Part shown: one piece after another, positions 52,732-64,000 of the stretch | Layout: each line of letters opens with the position of its first letter | Position numbering within the stretch: position 1 is the first letter of the stretch | Source of the DNA: Mobula hypostoma | Taxonomy: Eukaryota | Length of the DNA: 64,000 bases | Assembly: GCF_963921235.1 (NCBI RefSeq) | Contig: NC_086097.1 | Span: 199,394,001-199,458,000 of the forward strand | Direction of reading: 5' to 3' | Program-made: the position numbers and the translations under genes | The notes under the pieces: model-generated | Database searches by the model: none | Seen by the model: the letters and a program-made list of their open reading frames with translations, nothing else | What the model was told of the DNA's origin: nothing

Positions 52732-54484
52732 TTTATTCATTTCCATAGATGCTGCCTGACCTAAGCCAACTAAAAAATTATTTTTTTTTTATTTATCAGT
52801 AATGGATATTCACTGTCCAGGGCCACAGAGCCTTGTTTGCCAGACTCAGCTTTCTAACATAGCAACAGACACTTGTGGGGATTAAAGAGTTAAGTTTTAA
52901 GTAAGTTAAACTTCCAACTAATATTCTTTGTTCAGCTTCTTGTCATAAATGGAAGCTGGTCTGTGGTTCTTAAAGTAAATAGCAAGCAATTGACAGGAAA
53001 GTGCAAGGATTAACAGGGAAGTGATCTAGCCTTTGAAGAGCAGGTGGCTACAGTATAATCTCCCTTTAGTGAGGGTACCTGTGGTTGTCTATATCTGATA
53101 GGGCTTAAGGTCTTTGTTTGAGTTGAGAACTTCATGGTCAGCAAACCCAGTACCATAACAGAATAAAAAGCGCACTGACTGTTTTTGTTATGCAGAGCAT
53201 TATTCCTTATTATGTATCGAATCAAATTGTTTTAAAATGACAATTATTTCACAATGATTTCAGGTGAAGCTATTATATAAAATCACTCAAATTCAATCAA
53301 TTTCCATGTAATCATTCACAGTTACAACTAAAGGCTACAGGTATGATCTTCCATAAGTTTTGATAGTGATTTGTTCAGTAGAGGTTATAAAGCTAAGATA
53401 ACTATGGATGAGAAAAAGGTACGCATTGCATTTTGCTCACCCATCTAGAGAAAGTTTCTTTATCAGAACCATTTGTCAGCACTGTCCAATCTGAGAGGAA
53501 GCTAAGTAGGAAGAAAATCTGGCAGGTAAAAAATAGAAAAAATGTAGAAACAGAAAAAGAACTAAAAACAGTAGAGAAAAGAACTCAAGTAGTAACAATC
53601 AATAGAATTGAAATGGAGTTATAAAAACTATAGTGGCGTAGCTATAAATAGGATTTCATGTGTTGCAGTGCAATGGAAAAAGAAATTGCTGGGAGAAAAA
53701 AAACTGAAACATATAAGCCAAATATGAAAACATAGTGCCAAAGAGAAACAGACGCTTTGTCTCATTGTCTCCACAGTTATACTAATCCAACGTTTATCCA
53801 TTTTATTAGTTTCTCCAGATGTGATTGGGCTTAATTTTATGACCAGGGTTCACTGATCACCTTACTAACAGCTGATCAGGCAAAATATTTCCTCAGAATT
53901 TTTTGAAGATAGGCTTCCTCCACCATTAGAGCTCTCTGGCAACATAATTGCACTTTAATTTGTAAAATCTGAACCAATATTTCCAGTTTTTTCACAAACC
54001 TGTGCAAAATAAATTCTAAATGAAAAAAAATCAAAACGTTATCATCTATCAATGAGTAAATTCTGATGTGTTTGAAAAATTTGCTTGCAAAATTGAAATT
54101 ATGAGATAAATAAATGTAAACTCATTGATGGCACTTGGCAATATACTAAATATAATGCATTACAACTTTCTAGGAAAATACTGGAAACTAACTATTTTTC
54201 ACTAACACTAGTCCAAATACTAAAGTGTGATTGATTGCTTTTTAACTGAATCATATATCAAGTGATCTGAAATGATCTGTTGGTTGTTTAGCACTATCTA
54301 GTAAACGGCTAGTACTGTAATACTTTTAACCAACAGTTTAAAATGTATTTCTTTTAGATTTCCAATCTCATTCTAAGACAGAGCAAATCATCACTGGGAA
54401 CCGATATATTCTTTTTTCCATTTATTACTATTTTGTAATGGTGGACCCGAATAAGCCTTACTTGATGCTAAGAAAGAAGTGGAT

Positions 54485-54715
54485 TGACTGTATCATTGTT
54501 GGCAGAATCTCAGGTGGTAATGAGAGGGCATACAGGAGCAAGATACATCAGCTAGTTAAGTGGTGTTGCAGCAACAATCTTGTACACAACCTCAGAAAGA
54601 CCAAAGAGATGATTGTGGACTTCAGGAAGGATAAGGCAAGGTAACACAAACCAATCTCTCATAGAGGGATCAGAAGTGGAGAGAATGACCAACTTCAAGT
54701 TCTTGGTTGTCAATA
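54485..54715 (+). mobile_element. Rex1 RT fragment
   Basis: IVGRIS..E.AYR, WC..NNL, KTKEMIVDFRK. Confidence 0.8.
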
Positions 54716-55710
54716 TTTTAATATGTGCCTTCAAGTACCCTGAGATTTCATTCTTAACAATTGACTCAAACATCTTCCAAACTACTAAGGTCAGGCTAAC
54801 TGGCCTATTATTTCATTTCTTCTGCCTCCCTCCCTTCTTAAAGAGTGGAGTGACATTTGTAATTTTCCAATCCTCTAGAACCATGCAAGAATCTAGTGAC
54901 TTTTGAAAGATTATTATTAATGCCTCCACATTCTCTTCAGCTACCACCTTCTGAACCCTGGGATGTAGTCCATCTGGTCCAAGTGCCTTATCTACCTTCA
55001 GACCTTCCAGCTTCTCAAGTACTTTCTCGCTAGTAATAGCAGCTGCACTCACTTCTGCCCCCGACACTCTTGAGCTTCCAGTAAACTGCTGGTGTCTTCC
55101 ACAGTGAAGACTGATGCAAAATACTCGCTCAGTTCACCCACCATCACCTTATCACCCATTACTATCTCTCCAGTGTCATTTTCCAGCAGTCCAATATCTA
55201 CTCTCACTTCTCTCTTACTCCTTATATATCTGGAAAAACTTTTGATATCTCTTTGATATTATAGGCTACCTTACCTTATTTCATCTCTTCTCTCCTCATG
55301 GTTTTTTAGTTGCCTTCTGTTAGTTTTTAAAAACCTCCCAATTATCAACTTCCCACTAATTTTTGTTTTATCCTATGCCCTCACTTCTGTTTTTATGGTC
55401 TTTGACTTCCCTTGTCAGCCATAGTTGTCTCATTCTCCCTTTAAAATACTTCTTTCCAATGTATATATCCTGTGCCTTACAAATTGCTCCCAGAAACTCC
55501 AACCATTGTTGAGCTGCTGTTAGCCCTGCTGGTATCCCCTTCCAAATCAACTTTGGCCTGCTCTCTCTCATGCTGCTGTAATACTGATACAACTGACTTT
55601 AGCTTCTCCATCTCAAACTGCAGGGTCTATTCTATTATATTATGATCACTGCATCCTCAGGGTTTCTTTACCTTAACCTCGCTAATAAAATCTGGTTCAT
55701 TATGCAACCC
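54715..55710 (-). mobile_element. Decayed CR1 ORF2 fragment
   Basis: GPDGLHPRV, EDWKITNVTPLFKKGG, WLTREVKD. Confidence 0.88.
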
Positions 55711-56311
55711 TTCTGGTCTTTCGTCAGTTGATAATTAGATCTTGCTTATTAGCTGTTACAGAAATCTACCTAGTGCATATGTAGTTCATGTACAGGACCC
55801 ATCTGAACTGTCATCATAAAAGTTAAGAAGCTGTCAGTATTGGTGATACTTTAGGTAAAATTTTATTTTTAGAAAAATTAACTCCAGGTCAATGTCAATC
55901 TATGGATTACAAAGTAACCTCACAAAAAATCTCGATGTGGCTTCGTCTGGTAATCAGATCTCACAGCGGAAAAATAACTAAAAGCTGCTGGCTTCAGGCT
56001 GTCACTCTTAACCTTTTCAACATTCACTACACAGAAGCTGAGTTTATCAATCAACCACGAGTGCAATGAGGTGGCACTGACTCTGAGAATGCTTAGACAC
56101 GTCTAATAGCTTTTAGATATGTTTTCAAGCTTACCTCTTAATGCCAAGTCTATCTCAAATGATTTTGTTTATGGCCTGACAAAGATATTGATGGTTTTGT
56201 TCCTTACTTACTTTGATACCATGGTAAATTGGACTGAAATGGATTAACCCTTCAGCTACACTGCCCGTGAATTACTGAAAGAAAAGTGATTAAAAAGTGA
56301 AAAGCACAATA

Positions 56312-57890
56312 CTTTACACTTTATACTTTATACTTTATTGTCGCCAAACAATTGATACTAGAACGTACAATCATCACAGCGATATTTGTTCTGTGCTTCC
56401 TGCTCCCTGGGTTACAAATATTAAGTATTAAAAACAGTAAAAATTAGTAAATATTAAAAATTTAAATTATAAATCATAAATAGAAAATTAAAAAATGGAA
56501 AATAAGGTAGTGCAAAAAAACTGAGACGCAGGTCCGGATATTTGGAGGGTACGGCCTAGATCCGGGTCAGGATCTGTTCAGCAGTCTTATCACAGTTGGA
56601 AAGAAGCTGTTCCCAAATCTGGCCGTACGAGTCTTCAAGCTCCTGAGCCTTCTCCCGGAGGGAAGAGGGACGAAAAGTGTGTTGGCTGGGTGGGTCGTGT
56701 CCTTGATTATCCTGGCAGCACTGCTTCGACAGCGTGCGGTGTAAAGTGAGTCCAAGGACGGAAGATTGGTTTGTGTGATGTGCTGGGCTGTGTTCACGAT
56801 CTTCTGCAGCTTCTTTCGGTCTTGGACAGGACAACTTCCATACCAGGTTGTGATGCACCCTAGAAGAATGCTTTCTACGGTGCATCTATAAAAATTAGTG
56901 AGGGTTTTAGGAGACAGGCCAAATTTCTTTAGTTTTCTCAGGAAGTAAAAGCTCTGGTGGGCCTTCTTGGCAGTGAACTCCGCTTGGTTGGACCAAGTCA
57001 GGTCATTTGTGATATTGACCACAAGGAACTTAAAGCTTTTGACCTGTTCCACTTGCGCACCACCAACGTAAATTGGGTCGTGCGGTTTGCTACTCCTTCT
57101 GAAGTCAACAACCAATTCCTTCGTCTTGCTGACATTGAGGGATAGGTTATTGTCTTCGCACCATGCCACCAGGTTCTTAATTTCCTCTCTGTACTCAAAC
57201 TCATCATTACCCGAGATACAGCCTGTGATTGTTGTGTCATCAGCAAACTTATATATTGAGTTTGATGGAAACTTGGCTACACAATCATGGGTGTAGAGTG
57301 AGTACAGCAGGGGGCTGAGTACACAGCCTTGTGGGGCACCGGTGCTTAGAGTGATTGTAGAGGAGAGCTTGTCCCCTATTTTTACAGCCTGGGTCCTGTC
57401 TGTGAAGAAGTTGAAGACCCAGTTGCAGATCTGAGTGCTAAGGCCCAGGTTCCGGAACTTAGGAATCAGTTTATTTGGAATGATGGTATTAAAGACAGAG
57501 CTATAGTGAATGAAAAGGAGCCTTGCGTATGCGTCTTTATTCTCCAGGTGATCTAAGGAGGAATGTAGGGCCAGAGAGATGGCATCTGCCGTTGATCTGT
57601 TGCTCCAGTAGGTGAATTGCAAAGCGTCGAGGTTGACCGGTAGGCTGTGGTTGATGTGTGCCATAACCAATCTCTCGAAGCACTTCATAGCAATTGATGT
57701 CACAACCACAGGTCAATAGTCATTCAGGCATGCCACCTTGCTCTTCTTCGGCACTGGGATTATTGTTGCCTTCTTAAAACACGAGGGGATCTTAGACTGA
57801 AGCAAGGAGCAGTTGAAGATGTCAGTAAACACTCCAGCTAGCTTGTTTGCACAGGCCAGGAGAACCCGTCCTGGGATGCCATCTGCCCTC
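56312..57890 (-). mobile_element. Young 5'-truncated Rex1/Babar LINE
   Basis: (AAAGTAT)n tail; possible TSD CAATA (56307-56311 / 57891-57895). Confidence 0.93.
56567..57709 (-). CDS. Rex1 reverse transcriptase (380 aa open; upstream NDY*PV nonsense codon)
   Basis: [62 protein letters not shown]. Confidence 0.88.
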   Translation of the reverse strand: MVVTSIAMKCFERLVMAHINHSLPVNLDALQFTYWSNRSTADAISLALHSSLDHLENKDAYARLLFIHYSSVFNTIIPNKLIPKFRNLGLSTQICNWVFNFFTDRTQAVKIGDKLSSTITLSTGAPQGCVLSPLLYSLYTHDCVAKFPSNSIYKFADDTTITGCISGNDEFEYREEIKNLVAWCEDNNLSLNVSKTKELVVDFRRSSKPHDPIYVGGAQVEQVKSFKFLVVNITNDLTWSNQAEFTAKKAHQSFYFLRKLKKFGLSPKTLTNFYRCTVESILLGCITTWYGSCPVQDRKKLQKIVNTAQHITQTNLPSLDSLYTARCRSSAARIIKDTTHPANTLFVPLPSGRRLRSLKTRTARFGNSFFPTVIRLLNRS

Positions 57891-57909
57891 CAATAGTGCA
57901 GATACTGAG

Positions 57910-58770
57910 AACTCTGAGGCTGTGCCCTCTAGTCCTATATATTCTCCTACTATTAGAAACATCTTCTCCACATCCACTCTTACCTAGGTCTTGTAATATT
58001 CAGTATGTTTCAATGAAGTTCCCCCTTATTCTTACAAACTCCAACCCAGAGTGATCAAATGCTCCTATACATTAATTCTTGCATATCCTGGATCATTCTC
58101 CTGAACTTCCTCTGAACCCTCTCCAATGTCAGCGCATCCTTTCTTAGAAATAGGCACAAAACTGTTTACAATACTCCATATGCTGTCTGGCCAATACCTA
58201 TTAAAACCTCAGCATTACATCGACAAAATGCTGGTGGAACACAGCAGGCCAGACAGCATCCATAGGAAAAAGCACAGTCGACGTTTCGGGCCGAGATCCT
58301 TTGCCTGGGTCTCGGCCTGAAGCGTCAACTGTGTTTCTTCCTATGGTGCTGTCTGGTCTGTTGCGTTCCACCAGCATTTTGTGTGTGTTGCTTGAATTTC
58401 CAGCATCTGCAGATTTCCTCGTGTTTGCGTTCAACATTACATCCTTGCTTGTATACTTTAGTCCTCTCAAAATTAATGCCAACATTTCATTTGCTTTCCT
58501 ACCACTGACTCAACCTGTTTCTGGTGTCTTCCACAGTGAGGACTGACACAAAATACTTATTCGGTTGATCCACTATTTCTTTCTCCACCATTATTACCTC
58601 TCCAGCATCCATATCCATTCCACCCTCTTATATACTCTTTGTATATCCGAAAAAAATCTTTTGTTTTCCTCCTTTATATTATTGCCTTGTTTACCTTTAT
58701 GTTTCATCGTTTCTGTCCTTGTGCTTTTTTAGATACATCTGTTGTTTTTTAAAAAATTCCCAATTATCTA
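57910..58770 (-). mobile_element. Decayed CR1 fragments
   Basis: MLALI.RGL.Y.SKDVML and YF.SV.TVED remnants. Confidence 0.75.
58222..58430 (+). mobile_element. Penelope-like 3'-end fold-back (hairpin) insertion
   Basis: ~78-bp inverted arms; 13-bp TSD TCAGCATTACATC (58209-58221) / TCAACATTACATC (58431-58443). Confidence 0.88.
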
Positions 58771-61236
58771 GAACTATTAGCCTAAATTTAAATAAGTATC
58801 ATTAAAATAAATTAAACTGTATTTAAACTACTTCTTTAGATGGAAGTAACTTGGTAGAGGGGGAGACCCACCACTCAAATAGTGGGTTTTGGTAGCTTGA
58901 GTTTAGGGCTTTGTACAGTCCACTCAACGCCATCACAACAGTCCCATCGAGAAGCACGCAGGTCCAATTCCAGTGCATCTTATTAAGATGGCAGCCGCAT
59001 CACACTGATTTAAATACCTGTCTGAATAATTTCGTGAATTTTTTGCAGCAGACCCAATTCAGTTTCAGTGAAGATGCAATGGCAGTTTAGAGCACCAGGA
59101 AAAGGATGAGATCCAGTTTCCAGCTAATTCTACCAATCTCCAGCCATTTCACATACCTCACACCAGAAAGTTCCTGGATAAGTGGGAAAAAATGGAGGTA
59201 ACAGGTTTAACTCAATATTTCCCTCTTCTTATTACTATTTACTATTTCTATTACTATTTATTATTTATGGTGCAACTGTAATGAAAACCAATTTCCCCCA
59301 GGATCAATAAAGTATGACTATGACTATATTTCAGCTGTGACTCCATTTCATTAGCTGTGAGCTGTGGGGTTGACCCAAGACCACCAGAAGTCTTAGATGA
59401 AATTCTGTTCTAAATTTCTTTTCTTGTTTTGTCATTATCACATCAGCTCTTCTCTCATTTCAGTCATACTAACGTCAAAAAACATCAGAGTAGGATAAGT
59501 TAAGCTCTGGACCCTAAGAGAGAATTCTTCACAATAATATGCAGTGGATTCATGTAATTATCCATTGGTTCAAGAACAACTTGAAGGATAAGGCATGCTA
59601 GTCATTGCTAAAAGAAAGACTACAAACCAAACAAAGCTAGAAATTCCAAGAACATGTTAAGAGATCGACAGAGGTGATAGAGGAAGTGCATGAGGGGAAG
59701 GAATAACCTAGGTTACTCCTTGAGAATGAAATAAATTCAACAATGATAGTGGATTTAATTAGAGATAAATGGAGGCTCTATGGATAGAATCAATGAATGG
59801 AAAAAGGCTAAAGACTCCAATCGTTTACAGCTTCAGAAGTGCAGCATTGAAGTGGTAGAATAATTCAATCCAATGATTATGCAAATTCACTCAGTGAATG
59901 CCTGCAAGTAAATTAATCTCAAAGAAGTATATGGTGACATATATGTACTTTAATAATAAATTTATTTTGACATTGACTTTGACTTTAACTTCATCTTCAA
60001 ATTCCACTATAATTATGGAACTTAAGCTCTTCATTCTTGAGGTACAACTTAAGCTTGTATTTCTGGATCGATGCTTCAATATCTTAACCATAATGTTACT
60101 GAAGCCCACGAGAATGGGTAATTAAGTTTTATATATTATTTTGCACTACAGAAAATGCATGTTTTAACAAATTACTGATGGTTTAATATTCTGCATATGA
60201 GACAACAAATGGAATTCAACGTTGAACAAGAGTGCATGTGTGCCCATTCATGTGTACAGGCTGGAGGTAGTTTACCCAACCAAGCCAATGAATTTGGTTC
60301 TTGAATGGGCATTGATTCTGGTTTCCCCTTTTTTATGAAATCACTGCTTAAATTTCAAAGAAGTTCAGCATGGGTTGTAAAACAGGTTAGGGATAGTCAT
60401 TTTTTTACAAACGTATATCTACATGAGCTGCGTTCTAGAAATAAGTTGATGTTATTGTGGAGCTGAGACACCTCAGCCGGTTAAAGTACTCAGCTGTGGC
60501 CATGGGTTCTGTCCTCAACTTCACCACAAAACCAAAGGGTTCATACGTAAGGATTGCAGCTGCATAAAGCTTTGTAACAAGGTTAGTGAAGTGATTACAT
60601 CACGTACCATATCAGACTTTTGAGCAACAGAGTTCTTGCTGTTATCTGTTGCTGAACATTCCTTACCATTATTCTTCAAGTTATAAACTTTACTGAAGTG
60701 TTATTTGCCAGATTCCCAATCGCTTATGAATAATGTTGGGTGAACACAGTACTTTTAGTTTAAAACAGCACCTAAACTTTGAATGTGTGAGTGGGTGCCT
60801 GTTCCGCTCAGGTTTGAATTAACATGCTGTCAATGTTTTGATCCTTCAGTGTGTTTGGGCGTACATCCACCTTCCCTTGGAACAGTTAAGGTGTTAGTGG
60901 AATAAATTGAATCCACTGCATATCTTAAGTCAATGCTTATTTTTTAAGGCATTTTATTTGTTCTTTATAGTAAAGATGATTGTAAAAGTGGGTGCTCAGG
61001 AATCAGAATCGGGTTTATTATTGCTGATATGAGTCGTGAAATGTGTTGTATCAACTTACTCATCAACAACCAGCTTCCATCCCTGTAGTTTCTGCAGCAA
61101 GATCTAGCTGCCAGTATCCATTATTTGAGTGGTGGATCTCCCCTCTCTACCAAGTTACTTCCAAAACAAACAAGTAGATTAAACATAGTTTATTTTCTTT
61201 TTAATGCAAGATATTTAAATTTAGACAAATAGTTCT
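58770..61236. repeat. Pair of ~130-bp inverted repeats (58770-58897 and 61106-61236)
   Basis: AGAACTATT..CTAAATTTAAATA...GGAAGTAACTTGGTAGAG.GGGAGA.CCACCACTCAAATA matches the reverse complement of the distal copy. Confidence 0.8.
59225..59328 (+). mobile_element. LINE (Rex1/L2-type) 3' tail
   Basis: AATTTCCCCCAGGATCAATAAAG(TATGAC)n. Confidence 0.6.
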
Positions 61237-62274
61237 TAATACCCATTTAACACTCAGAAGATTTCTGATTTATAGAAGATTACCAAATGACAAAAAAACT
61301 ATAAACTACAAAGGATTTCTGAACACAGGTACAATTCTTATGAACTAAAAGAACATACTAATGAATTGCAGATGAAAAAGTCATCTGAAACAAAAACTGA
61401 AGGTTGAGGAATGAATTCTACTTCTTCTTTCTGTCACCCCATCTTTCTGCCGATTTCTCTGTCATTTCTAACATTCCCCATCCTTTCTAATATGTTTACT
61501 GTTTTGTTACCAGTTGACATTATCTGCATATGTTGTTTTTCAGATACCTTCACTGGGACAAGTAATTCACACAAATGGTCTATAAGCTTCTGAGATAGAG
61601 ATCTGAGACACCTAAAATTAATACTGTGAGGGATGACCTCAGAGTATACACATATCCCAGCTATTAATTGATCAACAATATCTGTAATCATGTTTGATGT
61701 GTTAAGTGACAACATCAGACTGGTCTCCAGGTTTCCTTAAACTCAATTACAATGGTACAAATAATTTAATCAATGTTGTCTGGGTTGATGCAGGCCAACT
61801 AACATAACTCTTAAACAAAGGCCTATAAGATCTTATTGTTTATTTGCTTACAACAAGAAGCTGAGCAAGGAATATTGGTTAGAAGTTTAACTTTGTCACA
61901 AACCACTTTTGACTCTTTGGAAAGGTCATGCTGCTATACTATATATCTAAGGTTAGCAATAAACCTCTCGAGCCCTGGAAAGTGAATGTTCATCACACTG
62001 TTCTCAGTATAGTACAGGAGCTGACACTATGTTGTGCAGCAGTAATAGAGGCCATCAGCCCATAGGAAGGCACATTCTCCACTGTGGTCAGACATCAATA
62101 CCACAAGCTTGGCTGCAATGGGGGAGATAGCAAAATAACTCAAAACTATGTGGCATTGTGATATATTGTCCTGGTGCAGGAGGGAGAAGCCATGAAGAAA
62201 GCTACTGTATACGTTATTGGGAAGGAGGGGATTTGGAGGTGAGTGGTGGGACTGGAGTGGTAAAGGCACACGTT

Positions 62275-63520
62275 TCCCTTTGCATCTCTGATTTTGAATT
62301 TTCTCCCCATTTAGAAAATAGGCTACATCTTTACTCATTATACCAAAGTGCATAAATATACACTTACCTACACAATATCCATCTATAACTTCTTTGCCCA
62401 TTATGTCAGTCTGTCTCAGTCCATCTGCAGACTCCCTGCTTCCTTAACACTAACTGTCCCTCCATTGTTCGTATCGTCCACAAACTTGGCCACAAAGCCA
62501 TCAATTCATCCAAATCATTAACATATAACATGAAAAGAAGTGGTCCTAGCACCAATCCTGCAGAACACAACTGGTCACCAACAACTAATATGAAAAGATG
62601 CCCTTTATTCCCACACTTTGCCTCCTACCAGTCAGCCCCACTCTATCCATACTAGTACCTTTCCTGTAATACCATTGGCTCTTATATTACTAAGCAGTCT
62701 CATATGAGGCACTTTGTCAAAGGCCTTCTGAAAATCCAAGCAAAAAGACATTTACTGACCCTCTTTTGTCTCTCCTGCTTGTTATTTCCTCTAAGGATAC
62801 AATAGATTTGTCAATCAAGATTTTCTCTTTAAGGAAGCCATGCTAACTTTGGGCTACTATATCATGAACTTCCAAGTACCCTGAAATCTTATCCTTAATA
62901 CTGGACTCCAACATCTTACCAATCACTGAGGTCAAGCTCAGTGGCCTGTGATTTCCTTTTTTCTGCTTTCCTCTCTTCTTAAAGAGTGGAGTAACATTTG
63001 CAATTTTTCAGTTATTTGGAGCCATTCCAGGATCTAGTAGTTCTTGAAAGATTATTACTAATGCTTCCGCAATCTCTTCTGCTACCACTTTCAGAACTCT
63101 GTGATGTAGTGCATCTGGTCCAGGTAATTTATCTATCTTTTGACCTTTCAGCTTCTCAGGCACCTTCTCCTTAGTAATAGCAATGGCACTCACTTCTTCA
63201 CCCTGACACTTCCAAATTTCTGGCATACTGCAGTGAAAAACGACACAAAATACTTACTAATTTCACCCACCATTTCTTTGTTCCCCATTGCTACCTCTCC
63301 AGTGTAATTTTCCAGTGGTACAACATCCACTCCCGCTTCTCTTTTACTCTTTATATATCTAAAAAACTTTTGGTATCTTCTTTGATATTATTGGCTAGCT
63401 TACCTTCATAAGTCAGCTTTTATCTCCTTAAGGCTTTATTAGTTGCCTTCTGTGGGTTTTTAAAAGATTCCAATTCCTCCAACTTCCCACTAATTTTTGC
63501 TATATCATATACCCTCTCTT
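62275..63520 (-). mobile_element. Decayed CR1 RT fragment
   Basis: PGPDALHHRVLK, LDFQKAFDKV, KFVDD, HFG..YFLNGEKIQ. Confidence 0.88.
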
Positions 63521-63534
63521 GGTAGAGTTAACAC

Positions 63535-64000
63535 CATGCCATAGCATAATCATGGTCATGGGATATCTAAATGTCAAAGTGAGAAATAACACCTCACATT
63601 TCACTGGGGTCATAGGCATGCATGGATGTAGAGTGATGAATAACAATGGTGAATAACTGGTGGAATTCTGTGCCATGAATCATCTGGTCATAGGAAGAAC
63701 CTTCTTTCCACATCCTGAAACCCACAAACATGGTGCTCAACCATTGGATGTAACAAGAACCAGAATGACCATTTCCTGATCAATTACTTGTGGAGATGAT
63801 CTTTGCAGGATGTAAAGGTGAAGAGAAGAGCAGATACAGGAAGTGTTCACCACCTCTTTGTAGCAGTGATGAAACTCAAGCTGAGAAGCATTGGGACCAG
63901 AACACATATACAAACACATCTTGATATCAAATAGCTCAAGGACACCAGTATGAGATCTGCCTTCACGATTCAGCTTAAGAACAGATTCCAGGCCTTGCAA
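63535..64000 (+). mobile_element. RTE-clade LINE endonuclease fragment, decayed, runs off the window
   Basis: IMVMG.LN.KV, G.HG...MNNNGE.LVEFC.MN.LVIG.T.FPH, KNQ.DHFLI. Confidence 0.8.

Larger units (their letters stand above)
44885..52762. mobile_element. Penelope-like inverted pair (minus 44885-45500; plus 45500-45554 + 52232-52762), split by Gypsy element 2
   Basis: GIY-YIG C-terminal PVA.HFN..H...M.VHGL..C..EA..LEEQ.LIF.LG on both strands; hammerhead remnants at 44984-45021 (-) and 52694-52731 (+). Confidence 0.8.

Noticed and set aside
61544..61561. 18-nt plus-strand micro-exon (TTTTTCAG|...|GTAATT)
   Set aside because: Weak donor and no supporting gene context or homology

Overview
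Eukaryotic, repeat-dominated, gene-poor DNA. The repeat repertoire (many CR1 LINEs, Rex1/Babar LINEs, V-SINEs, Penelope-like elements) points to a cartilaginous fish, probably a ray; this is an inference. I cannot support any host protein-coding exon, so the window is probably intronic or intergenic. Contents: about 12 CR1 copies, including one with an intact 5' end (tandem ~91-bp monomers plus an esterase ORF1) and one young copy with an 839-aa open ORF2; several Rex1 copies; two decayed full-length Gypsy (Mag-like) LTR retrotransposons with both LTRs, a tRNA-Ser-type PBS and a PPT; two solo LTRs; a palindromic hAT MITE; Tc1/pogo fragments; an RTE fragment; and two copies of a ~780-bp non-coding retroelement. 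The most interesting signal is a Penelope-like family whose 3' end carries a minimal hammerhead ribozyme motif (CAGTC-CTGATGA-AGGGTCTCGGCCC-GAAA-CGTC-GACTG). It recurs as head-to-head fold-back insertions, including two ~210-220-bp hairpins with 13-14-bp TSDs whose inversion point lies inside the ribozyme. Family calls come from motif recognition by eye, not database searches, and boundaries of decayed repeats are approximate.
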